Positions 17,848 through 27,736 of a stretch of 64,000 nucleotides of DNA are shown piece by piece. Position numbers and translations under genes: made by a program. How positions within the stretch are numbered: the first letter of the stretch is position 1; each line of letters begins with the position of its first letter. Source of the DNA: Gemmatimonas sp. (GTDB lineage Bacteria > Gemmatimonadota > Gemmatimonadetes > Gemmatimonadales > Gemmatimonadaceae). The notes beneath the pieces were generated by a model that was not told the DNA's origin, ran no database searches, and saw only the letters and a list, made by a program, of their open reading frames with translations. The DNA lies in the NCBI GenBank assembly GCA_965279375.1, contig OZ257156.1, forward strand, positions 4,768,001-4,832,000, read 5' to 3'.

Positions 17848-19233
17848 TCACGCCTCTCCGTATCGTACAAGTTTGCGATAGAGCGTCGAAGGATCGATGC
17901 CCAGCATTTCGGCGGCGCGGCTTTTGTTGCCACCTTCGTTTTGCAGCACCCACTGGATGTACGCGCGTTCGATCGCTTCGAGCGTTGGGCTCGTCGGTAC
18001 GCGCTCGGTCACCAGCGGCTCCGCGCGACGCTCCGTGATGCGTTCAGGCAGCGCGTCCTGGTGGATGACGGAACCTGCCGAGAGGATGACGGCGCGTTCG
18101 AGTGCGTTCTCGAGTTCGCGCACGTTGCCCGGCCACTGGTAGGCCATGAGGACATCGAGCGCGCCTTCGGAAAGTTGCTTGGGAGCGCCGCCGCGCAACG
18201 TGGCGGAGCGCTCGAGGAATGTTTCCGCGAGCAGCGGGATGTCTTCGCGGCGCTGTCGCAGCGGCGGCAGGTGCACCGCGATCACATTGAGGCGATAGAA
18301 GAGGTCTGCGCGGAAGCTGCCGCGCTTGATCTCCTCCTCAAGGTTTCGATTGGTCGCCGCAATCACGCGAGCGTCCACCGGCTGCGATTCCGTCGCACCG
18401 ACGGGAATGATTTCACGCTGTTGCAAGACGCGCAGCAGTTTCACTTGCGTGGACGCCGTCGTCTCGCCGATTTCGTCGAGAAAGAACGTGCCGCTCTGCG
18501 CGGCGGCAAAGAGACCCTGCTTGTCCTTGACCGCGCCCGTGAAGCTGCCCTTCACGTGACCGAACAGTTCGCTCTCGAGCAGCGACTCGGGCAGCGCACC
18601 GCAGTTGATCGACAGAAAGCTGTGATCTGCGCGTGACGACAGATCGTGCACGTATCTCGCGATGACTTCCTTACCCGTGCCCGATTCGCCAGTGATCAGG
18701 ACGGTGGAGTCCGTCGGCGCCACCGTTTCCGCGAGGCGCAGCACATCCAACCAGCTGCGACTGTTGCCAACCGGTCTCCCCGTTGTATTCCTCTCGCGTC
18801 GCTTGATCTCCTGCTTGAGCACCTGATTCTCTGCACGCAGCTTCCGATGCTCCGCGGCGCGGCGAAGAATTGCCAGCAGCTCGTCGTTGCGAAACGGTTT
18901 CTGGATGTAGTAGAACGCGCCTTCGTTGACCGCCTGAATGGCCGATTGCAACGTTGCTTGCGCGGTCATCAGAATGACGGGGATCTCCGGGTCCACCGAT
19001 CGCGCTGTGCTGAGCACCTGCACGCCACCGATGTCAGGCATGCGCACATCGGTGATGACGATGTCGGGACGCAGCTCGTTGATGCGCTCGACGCCCTGCT
19101 TTCCGCCGTGCGCGGTAAACGGGATGAATCCTTCGCCCTTGAGCAGGATGCGCAGCGAGTCAAGAATTCCGACTTCGTCGTCCACGATCAGGACGCGCGG
19201 CGCGGTCTCGCTCGGTGAGGCAGTGGCAATCAT
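17848..19233 (-). CDS. pilR: Sigma54-dependent response regulator (PilR/NtrC family)
   Basis: Receiver, GESGTGKE, GSFTGA loop, FLDEIGE, WPGNVRELEN, Fis-type HTH. Confidence 0.88.
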   Translation of the reverse strand: MIATASPSETAPRVLIVDDEVGILDSLRILLKGEGFIPFTAHGGKQGVERINELRPDIVITDVRMPDIGGVQVLSTARSVDPEIPVILMTAQATLQSAIQAVNEGAFYYIQKPFRNDELLAILRRAAEHRKLRAENQVLKQEIKRRERNTTGRPVGNSRSWLDVLRLAETVAPTDSTVLITGESGTGKEVIARYVHDLSSRADHSFLSINCGALPESLLESELFGHVKGSFTGAVKDKQGLFAAAQSGTFFLDEIGETTASTQVKLLRVLQQREIIPVGATESQPVDARVIAATNRNLEEEIKRGSFRADLFYRLNVIAVHLPPLRQRREDIPLLAETFLERSATLRGGAPKQLSEGALDVLMAYQWPGNVRELENALERAVILSAGSVIHQDALPERITERRAEPLVTERVPTSPTLEAIERAYIQWVLQNEGGNKSRAAEMLGIDPSTLYRKLVRYGEA

Positions 19234-21056
19234 GGCGCAGCTCCAATGGTTCGCGGTGCGACCGCCGGCAACGGCGGTGCATGTTTCGAGAAGATCGACG
19301 GTACGTCCGCGTCGGATTCGAGATGATCGTCCTGTGCATCGACGTGCTCGTGCGGCGCGCGCGAGACTTCCACCCGCGCGGAGACCGGCAGCACGATCGT
19401 GAATCGCGATCCACTCGGCAGGACATCCACGAGGATCGTGCCCTGATGCGCTTCGATCGCGCGATGCACTACGGGAAGTCCGAGTCCAGTGCCCCCGACT
19501 CGCCCACTCACGAACGGTTCGAAGAGGCGTTCACGGAGATCGGCCGGAATTCCGGGCCCATCGTCCTCCACCGAGATCGACACGTGCTCGCCGACGATGT
19601 TGCTCACGCTGCTGTTGGCGAGCGAGTTGGATAGCGAAGTTCCAGCACCGGCGCTCTTGGCTGCGCCGGCGAGGTACCGTTGCACCCGAACATCCACGCG
19701 CCCCGCCGAGCCGACCGCCTGCACAGCGTTGAGCACGAGATTGAAGACAGCGCGGTGCAGCAGGTCTTCGTCGCCATCTACCATCGGCAGATCCGGCTCA
19801 ACGGTGACCTGTACGTGCACAGCGTCCGCGCGATCAGGGTGCGTACTGGCCACCAGCACTGCCGCGCGCGCGAGCTCACCCAGATCCAGCGTCTCGACAC
19901 GCGTAACGCGAGCGCGCGCGAAATCGAGAAAGTCCGCCAGCAGCCGGCTGAGTCGATCAGTCTCGCGCATGACCAGGCCAAACAACACGCGCTCGTCGTC
20001 GTCGGGCTCGCTGTGCAACGCCTCGAGACCGCGCCGACGCGCCAGCTGCTCCGTCGCGCTGCGAATGGACGCCAACGGATTGCGAATCTCGTGCGCGAGC
20101 GACGCGCTCAGCTCCGCGACGGCCTGCAATCGCTCAGCACGCACGTGCAACGACTGCACACGCTTGCTGTCGGAGATATCCTGAAAGATCGCGGTCGCGG
20201 AGGTACCACCATCCGGACGCGTGCCTTCGGCGACGGTCGTGGTGACGCCAATTTCGATGTCCACGCCATCGCGTCGAATCACTCCCTCGGCGCGCGTCGT
20301 GCGCACTCCGTCGCGCGATGACTGCTCCAGCAATCGGGCGAGCTGCGGTGCCACGCCCGCAAGCGTTTGCGCCAGCGGACGTCCGACGAACTGCCGCAGG
20401 TTGATGCCCAACAGATCGGTTGCGGCGGGATTGGCGTAGACCAGAAGTCCGGCGCTGTCCACCGTGATGATGCCCGAGCGGATCGTGCGCAGAATGTCCG
20501 CGGCTTCGAGCTGCACCTTGACAAGCTGCGCGGCAAGCGCATCCTGCCCCATGCCAGCCTGGCGCAATCGCAGCGCCACAAGCCCGGATCCCACCGCCAC
20601 CACGATGAACACACCGATCTGCACGACCATGCCGATGGGCGACTCCGCTGGACGCAGCAACCCCACGTCCACGGCGTAAAGCAGACACGCGCCGCCCGCC
20701 ACGGCGAGACCGCCGCGGAACGGCAGCAGCAGCGCGCCGCTGGCGATCACGAGAATGTAGAGCGCGGCGAACTGCGAGCTCCAGCCGCCGGTGATGTGCA
20801 CGACCGCTGTGACCAGTGCGAGGTCCACCGCGCACTGCAGTCCATAGAAGGCATACCCCCGCGGGGAGCGACGGACTTCTCCGAACATCGCGGAGGCAAC
20901 CGTCGTCAGGACGGCGACGGCGAAGGCCAGCGTGGCGACCAGTGTGTCAGTCGGGTCCGCCCGGTTCCAGACGAAGACTGCCGCCAGCAGGATGGCACAG
21001 GCCAGCACGACACGGCCAAGCCAGACCCAGCGCAGCACCCGGCGCGGGTCCAGCAT
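19230..21056 (-). CDS. pilS: PilS-like sensor kinase (multi-TM, PAS, HisKA, HATPase)
   Basis: Several N-terminal TMs with TGGWSSQFAALY, AHEIRNPL, GTGLGL; overlaps pilR. Confidence 0.85.
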   Translation of the reverse strand: MLDPRRVLRWVWLGRVVLACAILLAAVFVWNRADPTDTLVATLAFAVAVLTTVASAMFGEVRRSPRGYAFYGLQCAVDLALVTAVVHITGGWSSQFAALYILVIASGALLLPFRGGLAVAGGACLLYAVDVGLLRPAESPIGMVVQIGVFIVVAVGSGLVALRLRQAGMGQDALAAQLVKVQLEAADILRTIRSGIITVDSAGLLVYANPAATDLLGINLRQFVGRPLAQTLAGVAPQLARLLEQSSRDGVRTTRAEGVIRRDGVDIEIGVTTTVAEGTRPDGGTSATAIFQDISDSKRVQSLHVRAERLQAVAELSASLAHEIRNPLASIRSATEQLARRRGLEALHSEPDDDERVLFGLVMRETDRLSRLLADFLDFARARVTRVETLDLGELARAAVLVASTHPDRADAVHVQVTVEPDLPMVDGDEDLLHRAVFNLVLNAVQAVGSAGRVDVRVQRYLAGAAKSAGAGTSLSNSLANSSVSNIVGEHVSISVEDDGPGIPADLRERLFEPFVSGRVGGTGLGLPVVHRAIEAHQGTILVDVLPSGSRFTIVLPVSARVEVSRAPHEHVDAQDDHLESDADVPSIFSKHAPPLPAVAPRTIGAAP

Positions 21057-21235
21057 GGCATGCACGGCGACTTGCGGGTACGCTGGTGTGTAACGCACGG
21101 CAATGGCTGGGGGACACGACACGACCCGCCGGCCAGACCGGAGGGGCTCGCAGAATGCAAGAGGCGCGGATCGCCCGCCGGTCTTGCAGATTGCAGTACC
21201 ATGACGACCGACCTGCCCGTCCGTTTCCCTTTGTG

Positions 21236-22588
21236 ATGATTGTCGACCCTGCTGTGATAGCCGCGCCCGAGCTCACGTTCAGTAGCGCGACCCTGCGCCT
21301 CCTGGCGGTTCTCCTGCTCGTGCTGCTGAATGCGTTCTTCGTGGCGGCGGAATTCGCGCTCGTGGCCGTGCGGCGGAGCCGCATCGACCAGATGGCGGCC
21401 GAGGGAGACCGCAGCGCGCTCGTGGTCCAGCGCGCGCTCAAGCAGCTCGACCGCTACATCTCCGGCACGCAGCTTGGCATCACCCTCGCCTCGCTGGCGC
21501 TCGGTTGGATCGGCGAACCGGCGGTGGCGGCGCTGGTGGATCGGGTGCTTCATGTGGCCGGCATCGAGCCGTCTCCTGGCGCGCTGCACACCGGGGCCGG
21601 CATCGCCGTGGCGTTTGCGGTCATCACCTTTCTGCACATCGTACTCGGCGAACTGGCCCCCAAGTCCATCGCGCTGGCCAAGCCGGAGGACGTCAGCCGA
21701 CTCGTGGTGCGGCCGCTGATACTCTTCTCGCGGGTGATGTCACCGTTCATCAACATGCTCAACGGCACCGCGAATGCCCTGCTCCGGCTGCTGGGGATTC
21801 AGCCCACGTCGGAAAGCGGCCATGTGCATTCGCCGGAGGAGCTTCGCCTGCTCGTGATGCAGGCGCGCGCGCACGGCACGCTCGACGAGTCCGACTCGGC
21901 GATGTTGGCCGGTGTGTTCGACTTTCACAACAAGAAGGCGCTCGACGTGATGCGCCCGCGCACCGACATGGTCGCGATTCCGGAAGACGTGGAGCTCGAG
22001 GAGCTGGTGCAGACGCTTCGTCGCGAGCGCTACTCCCGGTATCCGGTGTACCGCGAGACGCCGGACGACATCGTCGGCGTGTTCCTGGCCAAGGACTATT
22101 GGCTGCTGGAGGATCCGGCGTCGTTCGTTCTGGCGGAGCATCTGCGAGAACCGCTGTTCGTGCCGGCAACGCGGGCCGCCGAACGCGTGCTCGATGACTT
22201 GCGTCGCACGCGAGCGCACCTGGCGGTGGTGCTCGACGAGTACGGCGGGACAGCGGGCATCGTGACGATGGAGGATCTCGTCGAGGAAGTGGTGGGCGAC
22301 ATCGCTGACGAGTACGACCCGCTCTCGCGCGACGCGCTGCTTTTTGATGGCGTGCTGGAGCTGGCCGGTTCGATGTCATTGGTAGACGTGCGCTCCGATC
22401 ACAAGCTGCCCATTCCAGAAGGCGACTGGTCTACGCTTGGCGGATATGCGTTCGCGATGTTGGGGCGCTTGCCGCGCGTCGGGGATCGCGTGAGCTACAG
22501 CGAAGGCGAGCTGGAAGTGGTGGCGATGGATGGTCGCCGTGTGGCGGCGCTGCGCGTGCACCGCCGTCCGGAACCCAGCACGACGTGA
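21236..22588 (+). CDS. Hemolysin-family CNNM/CBS/CorC membrane protein
   Basis: NAFFVAAEFALV, QLGITLASLALGW, LGELAPKSIA, YSRYPVY, DEYGGTAGIVTMEDLVEEVVGDI. Confidence 0.93.
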   Translation: MIVDPAVIAAPELTFSSATLRLLAVLLLVLLNAFFVAAEFALVAVRRSRIDQMAAEGDRSALVVQRALKQLDRYISGTQLGITLASLALGWIGEPAVAALVDRVLHVAGIEPSPGALHTGAGIAVAFAVITFLHIVLGELAPKSIALAKPEDVSRLVVRPLILFSRVMSPFINMLNGTANALLRLLGIQPTSESGHVHSPEELRLLVMQARAHGTLDESDSAMLAGVFDFHNKKALDVMRPRTDMVAIPEDVELEELVQTLRRERYSRYPVYRETPDDIVGVFLAKDYWLLEDPASFVLAEHLREPLFVPATRAAERVLDDLRRTRAHLAVVLDEYGGTAGIVTMEDLVEEVVGDIADEYDPLSRDALLFDGVLELAGSMSLVDVRSDHKLPIPEGDWSTLGGYAFAMLGRLPRVGDRVSYSEGELEVVAMDGRRVAALRVHRRPEPSTT

Positions 22589-23460
22589 CGTCGTTTCCCG
22601 ACATGCCTACACCTCCCGTCGTTCGTTCCTTCGGCCGTTGCGCGTCGCTGCGCCCCATCGTGCGTCGCGCTTCCGTCTGGGGGACGCTCCTCCTTGCCCT
22701 TGCCTCGCCTGCGCTGGCTTGCACCGTCAGCGGCGACGCTTCGCGCGATGCGCAGACAGGTGGCGTGGCCGGCGCACAGGACTCCATTCGCCCCGCTGCG
22801 CCGCCGGGGGAAGCCGCGACATCGTTTCCCGCACCGTCGCGACGCATTGCGGATATCGTCGCGCCGCGTTGGACCAACGAGGACGCGCGCGACAGCGATG
22901 GCGAGTTCGAGCGCGTTGCCAAGCTCTCCAAGGTTCGCGCCGGACAGCGCGTTGCGGACATCGGCGCGGGCGACGGCTACTACGTCACGCGCCTCGCACC
23001 CATCGTTGGCGCGACTGGGCGCGTGTTCGGCAACGACATCATCGACGACTATCTCGTGCTGCTCAGCAACCGCGTGCAACGTGAGAAGCTGGCCAATGTG
23101 CAGGTCGTGCGCGGCGACCCGCATGATCCTCGGCTTCCGGCTGCCGACGTGGACATCGCCTACATGATTCACATGTACCACGAGATCGAGCAGCCCTTTG
23201 GCCTGTTGTGGAATCTCGCGACGTCCATGAAGCCCGGCGGGCGACTCGTCATTCTCGATCTCGAGCGGCCGACCTTTGCCCATGGTACGCCCCCGGCGCT
23301 GTTGCGCTGTGAGCTGCGCGCCGTGGGCTATCGCGAAGTGACGTTCACCCGGACGGGAGACGAGGAGTACGTCGCGATTTTCGAGGCCCCGTCAGCGAGT
23401 GCCCGACCGACTCCGGCCGCAATTCGCACCGCGCTGCAGTCCAAACCCTGCCGCGCCTGA
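22585..23460 (+). CDS. Class I SAM-dependent methyltransferase with export signal
   Basis: VADIGAGDGYY motif I, YHEIE, MKPGGRLVILD; hydrophobic LLLALASPALAC. Confidence 0.82.
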   Translation: MTSFPDMPTPPVVRSFGRCASLRPIVRRASVWGTLLLALASPALACTVSGDASRDAQTGGVAGAQDSIRPAAPPGEAATSFPAPSRRIADIVAPRWTNEDARDSDGEFERVAKLSKVRAGQRVADIGAGDGYYVTRLAPIVGATGRVFGNDIIDDYLVLLSNRVQREKLANVQVVRGDPHDPRLPAADVDIAYMIHMYHEIEQPFGLLWNLATSMKPGGRLVILDLERPTFAHGTPPALLRCELRAVGYREVTFTRTGDEEYVAIFEAPSASARPTPAAIRTALQSKPCRA

Positions 23461-23490
23461 TCGACTCATGAACCTCGAGGGAGCGCGCCA

Positions 23491-23958
23491 GTGAGCGACG
23501 AACCACACGACGAGTCGCTGTTGCCTCCAGAGCCCGAGTCGCTGGAAGTCACGCGTACGGTGCGCATTCCCGTGGCAGAGCTCGAGCTGCGTGCGATCAC
23601 CGGAAGCGGTCCTGGCGGACAGCACGTCAATCGCAGCGCCACTCGTGTTGCGCTTCGCTGGAATGTGCGCGCGAGTCGCGCGCTCTCAGATGAACAGCGG
23701 GCGCGCGTGCTGGGCAAGCTGGCATCGCGTCTGGACGGCGACGGTGCGTTGCGCATCGTGGCGGGGGAGTACCGTAGCCAGCAGCAGAACCGGCGCGCGG
23801 CCCTCGAGCGGCTGGTCGGCATCGTGGAGCGGGCGCTCGTCGTGCAGAAGTCGCGCAAAGCAACGAAGCCGACGCGCGGGTCTATCGAGCGCCGGCTCAC
23901 CGACAAACGTCAACGTGCGGATACCAAGCGTGGGCGCCGCAAGGACGCCCACGACTAG
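23491..23958 (+). CDS. arfB: Alternative ribosome-rescue peptidyl-tRNA hydrolase
   Basis: SGPGGQHVNR, RSQQQNR, basic tail KATKPTRGSIERRL. Confidence 0.94.
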   Translation: MSDEPHDESLLPPEPESLEVTRTVRIPVAELELRAITGSGPGGQHVNRSATRVALRWNVRASRALSDEQRARVLGKLASRLDGDGALRIVAGEYRSQQQNRRAALERLVGIVERALVVQKSRKATKPTRGSIERRLTDKRQRADTKRGRRKDAHD

Positions 23959-23978
23959 ATCAGCTCCCGGTCACGGCG

Positions 23979-24713
23979 TCAGTACACGACGACGTTCGCG
24001 CCCAGAAAGTACGTCACGAAATCAGCGCGACCGCGCAGTGGCACCGGATCTCGATTGTTCTGGAACGCATCCCGCACTCGCTGATCGTTCAGGTAGCGCA
24101 CATCATCGTGGCGCAAAAAGCGAGCGCCAAGATCGATACGTACCGGTCTGCTGCCGTTGTAGACGCGAAGCGTGCTGCCCACCGCGCCGCCGTAGGCAAG
24201 CACGGCGTCGCTGCTGTTGGTAGTGCGGGCAAAGGGCGTATTGTCGCTCTGCGTCCCTTCGACGGAACTCTCCGTCCAGAACACCGACATGCCGCCCAGC
24301 GCCGCGACGTAGGGAGCAACGGGTCCATTGCCGAACTGAAGCTGCGGTCCGGTGACCAGCGAGAAAATGTTGTTCGAGGTGCGGAGGTCGAGCTTGACGA
24401 GCCCACCGGTGCCGGCGAGCGGAATTCGGCGCGTCTCGTTGCCGTAGTTCAGAACGCCGAGATCGACGCGCCAGTTGGCAATGGACTGTGGATCGAGGCG
24501 CCAGATCATCGAGGCACCGACGCCGAAGCCGTTGCCGGTGTTCTGCCCGAAATCACCGCGTGGTTCAGTGACGAGGAAGTGCGCCGCTCCGGAGAATCGG
24601 CCAGTGAGTGCACGCGGCGTCGAGGCCTGTGCGGAGAGCGAGTGCGTGGCCACGAGGCACGCGAGAGTCGGCACGCTTAGTCGAGCGGCCCGTGACAGGA
24701 ATGCGGCGAGCAT
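23979..24713 (-). CDS. Outer-membrane beta-barrel protein
   Basis: Signal peptide, alternating beta strands, PYVAALGG, terminal aromatic residue. Confidence 0.7.
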   Translation of the reverse strand: MLAAFLSRAARLSVPTLACLVATHSLSAQASTPRALTGRFSGAAHFLVTEPRGDFGQNTGNGFGVGASMIWRLDPQSIANWRVDLGVLNYGNETRRIPLAGTGGLVKLDLRTSNNIFSLVTGPQLQFGNGPVAPYVAALGGMSVFWTESSVEGTQSDNTPFARTTNSSDAVLAYGGAVGSTLRVYNGSRPVRIDLGARFLRHDDVRYLNDQRVRDAFQNNRDPVPLRGRADFVTYFLGANVVVY

Positions 24714-24857
24714 GGGAATGGGGCTGATTGTGCAATCGGCGACGCAGCTCGCGTGGACTTCCGTCGCGAGTGGTCGATACTGGCTTTCGTACGCCAGTTC
24801 GTGCCAAAAGTGTCACGGCGTCGAGTCCTGCTATTCGCACGGATCGGTGGCGCTTTA

Positions 24858-24866
24858 TGCTAAGAT
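24858..24866 (+). promoter_or_regulatory. Candidate extended -10 promoter
   Basis: TG-C-TAAGAT upstream of the RAPP ORF. Confidence 0.4.
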
Positions 24867-24919
24867 TGCGGCCCGGACTTGAATCCCGAGTGATACGGTC
24901 GCAATCATTCGCCTCGCTC

Positions 24920-25336
24920 ATGCTCACGCTGCCCGTCTCCCGACTTGCCCGCACGATTTCGCTCGCGCTCAGCGCGGGGTTTTTGTGGTGCGCGCTCGTT
25001 GGGTTGTCCGAACCGAGGTTGTCGGCGGCGGTCGGCACCGCGGGCGTAGCGCAGCTGGCGGGTCACGGCCCTGATGTGGTGCTGCAGCACGTGCTGCGCG
25101 CGGATGACGGTGAAGACGCGTCCGGCACACAGCGGAGTTGGCGCCGCTCGTCGACACGGCGCACGTTACGATCGATTGCGGCACGCGTTCTGGTGTCCGC
25201 GTTGCCCGGGAACCCGCTGCCGTCGGTGTCGTATCCCGGCGGGGGCGTGTGCGTACGAAATAGGCTCGCGCGTCGTGGCGCGGTCGCGCTGCGCCTGCTG
25301 AGCGCGCCGACTCGCGCACCGCCCAGCCTCGCATAG
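24920..25336 (+). CDS. Putative leader/arrest peptide: N-terminal hydrophobic segment, C-terminal RAPP motif
   Basis: RLARTISLALSAGFLWCALVGL ... APTRAPPSLA-stop; start could also be GTG 24890. Confidence 0.6.
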   Translation: MLTLPVSRLARTISLALSAGFLWCALVGLSEPRLSAAVGTAGVAQLAGHGPDVVLQHVLRADDGEDASGTQRSWRRSSTRRTLRSIAARVLVSALPGNPLPSVSYPGGGVCVRNRLARRGAVALRLLSAPTRAPPSLA

Positions 25337-25508
25337 CATTTCGACGTCCGTCTCGTGTCGCGTGCACCCCCGGGTGCGCTGCGCGCGGTGCCACGTCGAG
25401 TAGCGTCGTTGGACATGTGACGCCGTCGCATGTCGTTTATCCTCGTGCTTCAGCTGTGCGGTCTCGACGCGCCGATGCGCGTCGCCGTTCACCCTACTTG
25501 CATACGCT

Positions 25509-27734
25509 ATGTCGGCTCAGGCCACGCGCGTCAATCAGATCGTCAGCTCTGCTCTTCATTTGGACGTTGACCAGGGTCGCTGGCGCGCACTCACGCGACA
25601 GCTCGATCCTACCGCTCCCATTGCCGCGCGAATCCGCTCCATCGGTGGCGCCGTTGATATCGGATATCTCGATCGGGAATTGCCGCTGGAGACGCTGCGG
25701 GAAGCGATCCGGGAGCGCACGACGCCGCTCGTTCTGCTGAACGATACGTCGGACGAGGCGGTCATCCTCTGCCGAGACGAGCGCGATGAGGTGCAGGCAC
25801 TGGTCGTCCGGCGCAACGGCAGCGATGAGACACTGCGCGAGAATGGGCAGAAGCTGGCCGATCAGATCTGGCAGCGGCTTGGGTCGCCCACCGTGGCGAC
25901 TGCGCTCGCGCCGTTGGCACTGCGCTCCGCGATCAGCGCCATGCCATCGTCTCGGCCGCACAGCCCCGCCAGCACCGGCACACACGACGACGAGCCCGAT
26001 CATCATCCATCGCCTGTCGAGCGCACGCTCACGCTCTTTGCGCGCGAGAAGCGCGAGATCCTGTCGATCTTCTTTTACGCCACGCTCGCGGGCGGGCTCA
26101 GTCTCGTGCTACCGCTGGCCGTCGGCGGCATTGTGCAACTGGTGCAGGGGCGACTGTTCCTGCAGCCGGTAGTTCTGCTCATCTCCTTCGTGGTGCTGGG
26201 CACCATCGTGGCCGGGGTGATTCAGGTCGGTTTGCTGCGCGTGGTGGAGCGCATCCAGCAGCGTGTCTTCGCGCGCATGGCACTCGAGTTCGCGTTCCGC
26301 GTGCCGCGCATGCGTTACAGCGCGTCGCTCGAGACCAACCTCCCGGAGCAGATGAATCGGCTCTTCGAGGCGATCGCCATCCAGAAGGGTGTGCAGAAGA
26401 TCCTGCTCGAGGTCCCGACGGCGCTTTTGACCATCCTGTTCAGTCTCGTCCTGCTGACGCTGTACAGCCCGTGGTTTTCAGTGTTTGCGATCGTGGTGAC
26501 GGCGCTGTTGTACGTCGTGATCCGCTGGACCGGGCCCGAGGGGCTCGAGACGTCCATCGTGGAGTCGAAGTACAAGTACAAGGCCGTGCACTGGCTCGAG
26601 GAGCTCGCGCGCGCCTTCCACGCGTTCAAGTACGCCGGCGACTCGATGCTGCCGGTGGAGCGCATGGATGACGTAGTCACCGGCTACCTCAAGTATCGTC
26701 GCAAGCACTTCGCGGTCATCGTCAAGCAGACCGTGGCACTGATCGGCTTCAAGACGTTCATCACTGCGGCGGTGCTCATCATCGGCGCCACGCTCGTGCA
26801 GACGAATCGACTCTTGCTCGGCCAGTTCGTTGCGGCCGAAATCGTGATCGTCACCGTGCTCGCAGGCGTCGAGAAGTTGATTTCGAGTCTCTCCACCGTC
26901 TACGACATCCTGACATCGGTGGACAAGTCGGGACACGTCGCCGACATCCCGCTGGAGCCGCGTGGGGGCCTCGCGCCGATCAACACACCGGGGGTGGGCA
27001 TCGCCATCGAAACCAAGGACGTGCGCTTCCGGTACGCCGGCGCGTCGAATCCGTCGGTTGACGGTATCTCGATCTCCGTTCGTCCGGGTGAGCGCGTGGC
27101 CATCATGGGTTTCGACGGATCCGGCCGCTCCACGCTCCTCAAGCTGCTGGGCGGGCTCATCGACGAGTACGACGGCACGATTCGCTTTGATGGCATCACG
27201 CTGCGCGACCTGGACCGCCCGGCACTGCGCGCGCGCATCGGGCAGATGCTGTCGTGGACGGACCTGTTCGAAGGCACCGTCGAGGAGAACGTCAGCGTCG
27301 GTCGTGCGCACATCACGCCCTTGCAGGTGCGTCGCGCGCTCGACGATCTGGCCCTCACCGACGAAGTGCAGCAGCTGCCGAACGGCATGCAAACCGAAAT
27401 CACCAACAGCGGTCGCACGCTGCCGGCACATCTCGCGAACAAGCTGCTCGTGGCACAAGGGATCGCGGGCGATCCGCGGCTGGTCGTGCTCGACGACTTC
27501 TTCCAGAATCTCGACGCCGGCTCACGAGCCCTGATCATTCAATTGCTCACGGATCGTGCGCGACCTTGGACGGTCGTCGCGGTGTCAAACGATCCCAATC
27601 TGCTCGCTGCGTTCGATCGCGTGATCGTGGTGCATGAGGGACGCGTGGTGAAGGAAGGACCCTTCGAAGAGTTGCAGCACGATCCGATCTGCCGCTTGTT
27701 GCTGCATGATCCCTCCAGCTCGGTGGAGGCGTAA
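25509..27734 (+). CDS. T1SS/peptidase-domain-family ABC transporter (N-domain, TMD, degenerate NBD)
   Basis: 6-TM domain, LGQFVAAEIV; NBD GFDGSGRST, LPAHL, LVVLDD, VSND. Confidence 0.88.
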   Translation: MSAQATRVNQIVSSALHLDVDQGRWRALTRQLDPTAPIAARIRSIGGAVDIGYLDRELPLETLREAIRERTTPLVLLNDTSDEAVILCRDERDEVQALVVRRNGSDETLRENGQKLADQIWQRLGSPTVATALAPLALRSAISAMPSSRPHSPASTGTHDDEPDHHPSPVERTLTLFAREKREILSIFFYATLAGGLSLVLPLAVGGIVQLVQGRLFLQPVVLLISFVVLGTIVAGVIQVGLLRVVERIQQRVFARMALEFAFRVPRMRYSASLETNLPEQMNRLFEAIAIQKGVQKILLEVPTALLTILFSLVLLTLYSPWFSVFAIVVTALLYVVIRWTGPEGLETSIVESKYKYKAVHWLEELARAFHAFKYAGDSMLPVERMDDVVTGYLKYRRKHFAVIVKQTVALIGFKTFITAAVLIIGATLVQTNRLLLGQFVAAEIVIVTVLAGVEKLISSLSTVYDILTSVDKSGHVADIPLEPRGGLAPINTPGVGIAIETKDVRFRYAGASNPSVDGISISVRPGERVAIMGFDGSGRSTLLKLLGGLIDEYDGTIRFDGITLRDLDRPALRARIGQMLSWTDLFEGTVEENVSVGRAHITPLQVRRALDDLALTDEVQQLPNGMQTEITNSGRTLPAHLANKLLVAQGIAGDPRLVVLDDFFQNLDAGSRALIIQLLTDRARPWTVVAVSNDPNLLAAFDRVIVVHEGRVVKEGPFEELQHDPICRLLLHDPSSSVEA

Positions 27735-27736
27735 CC

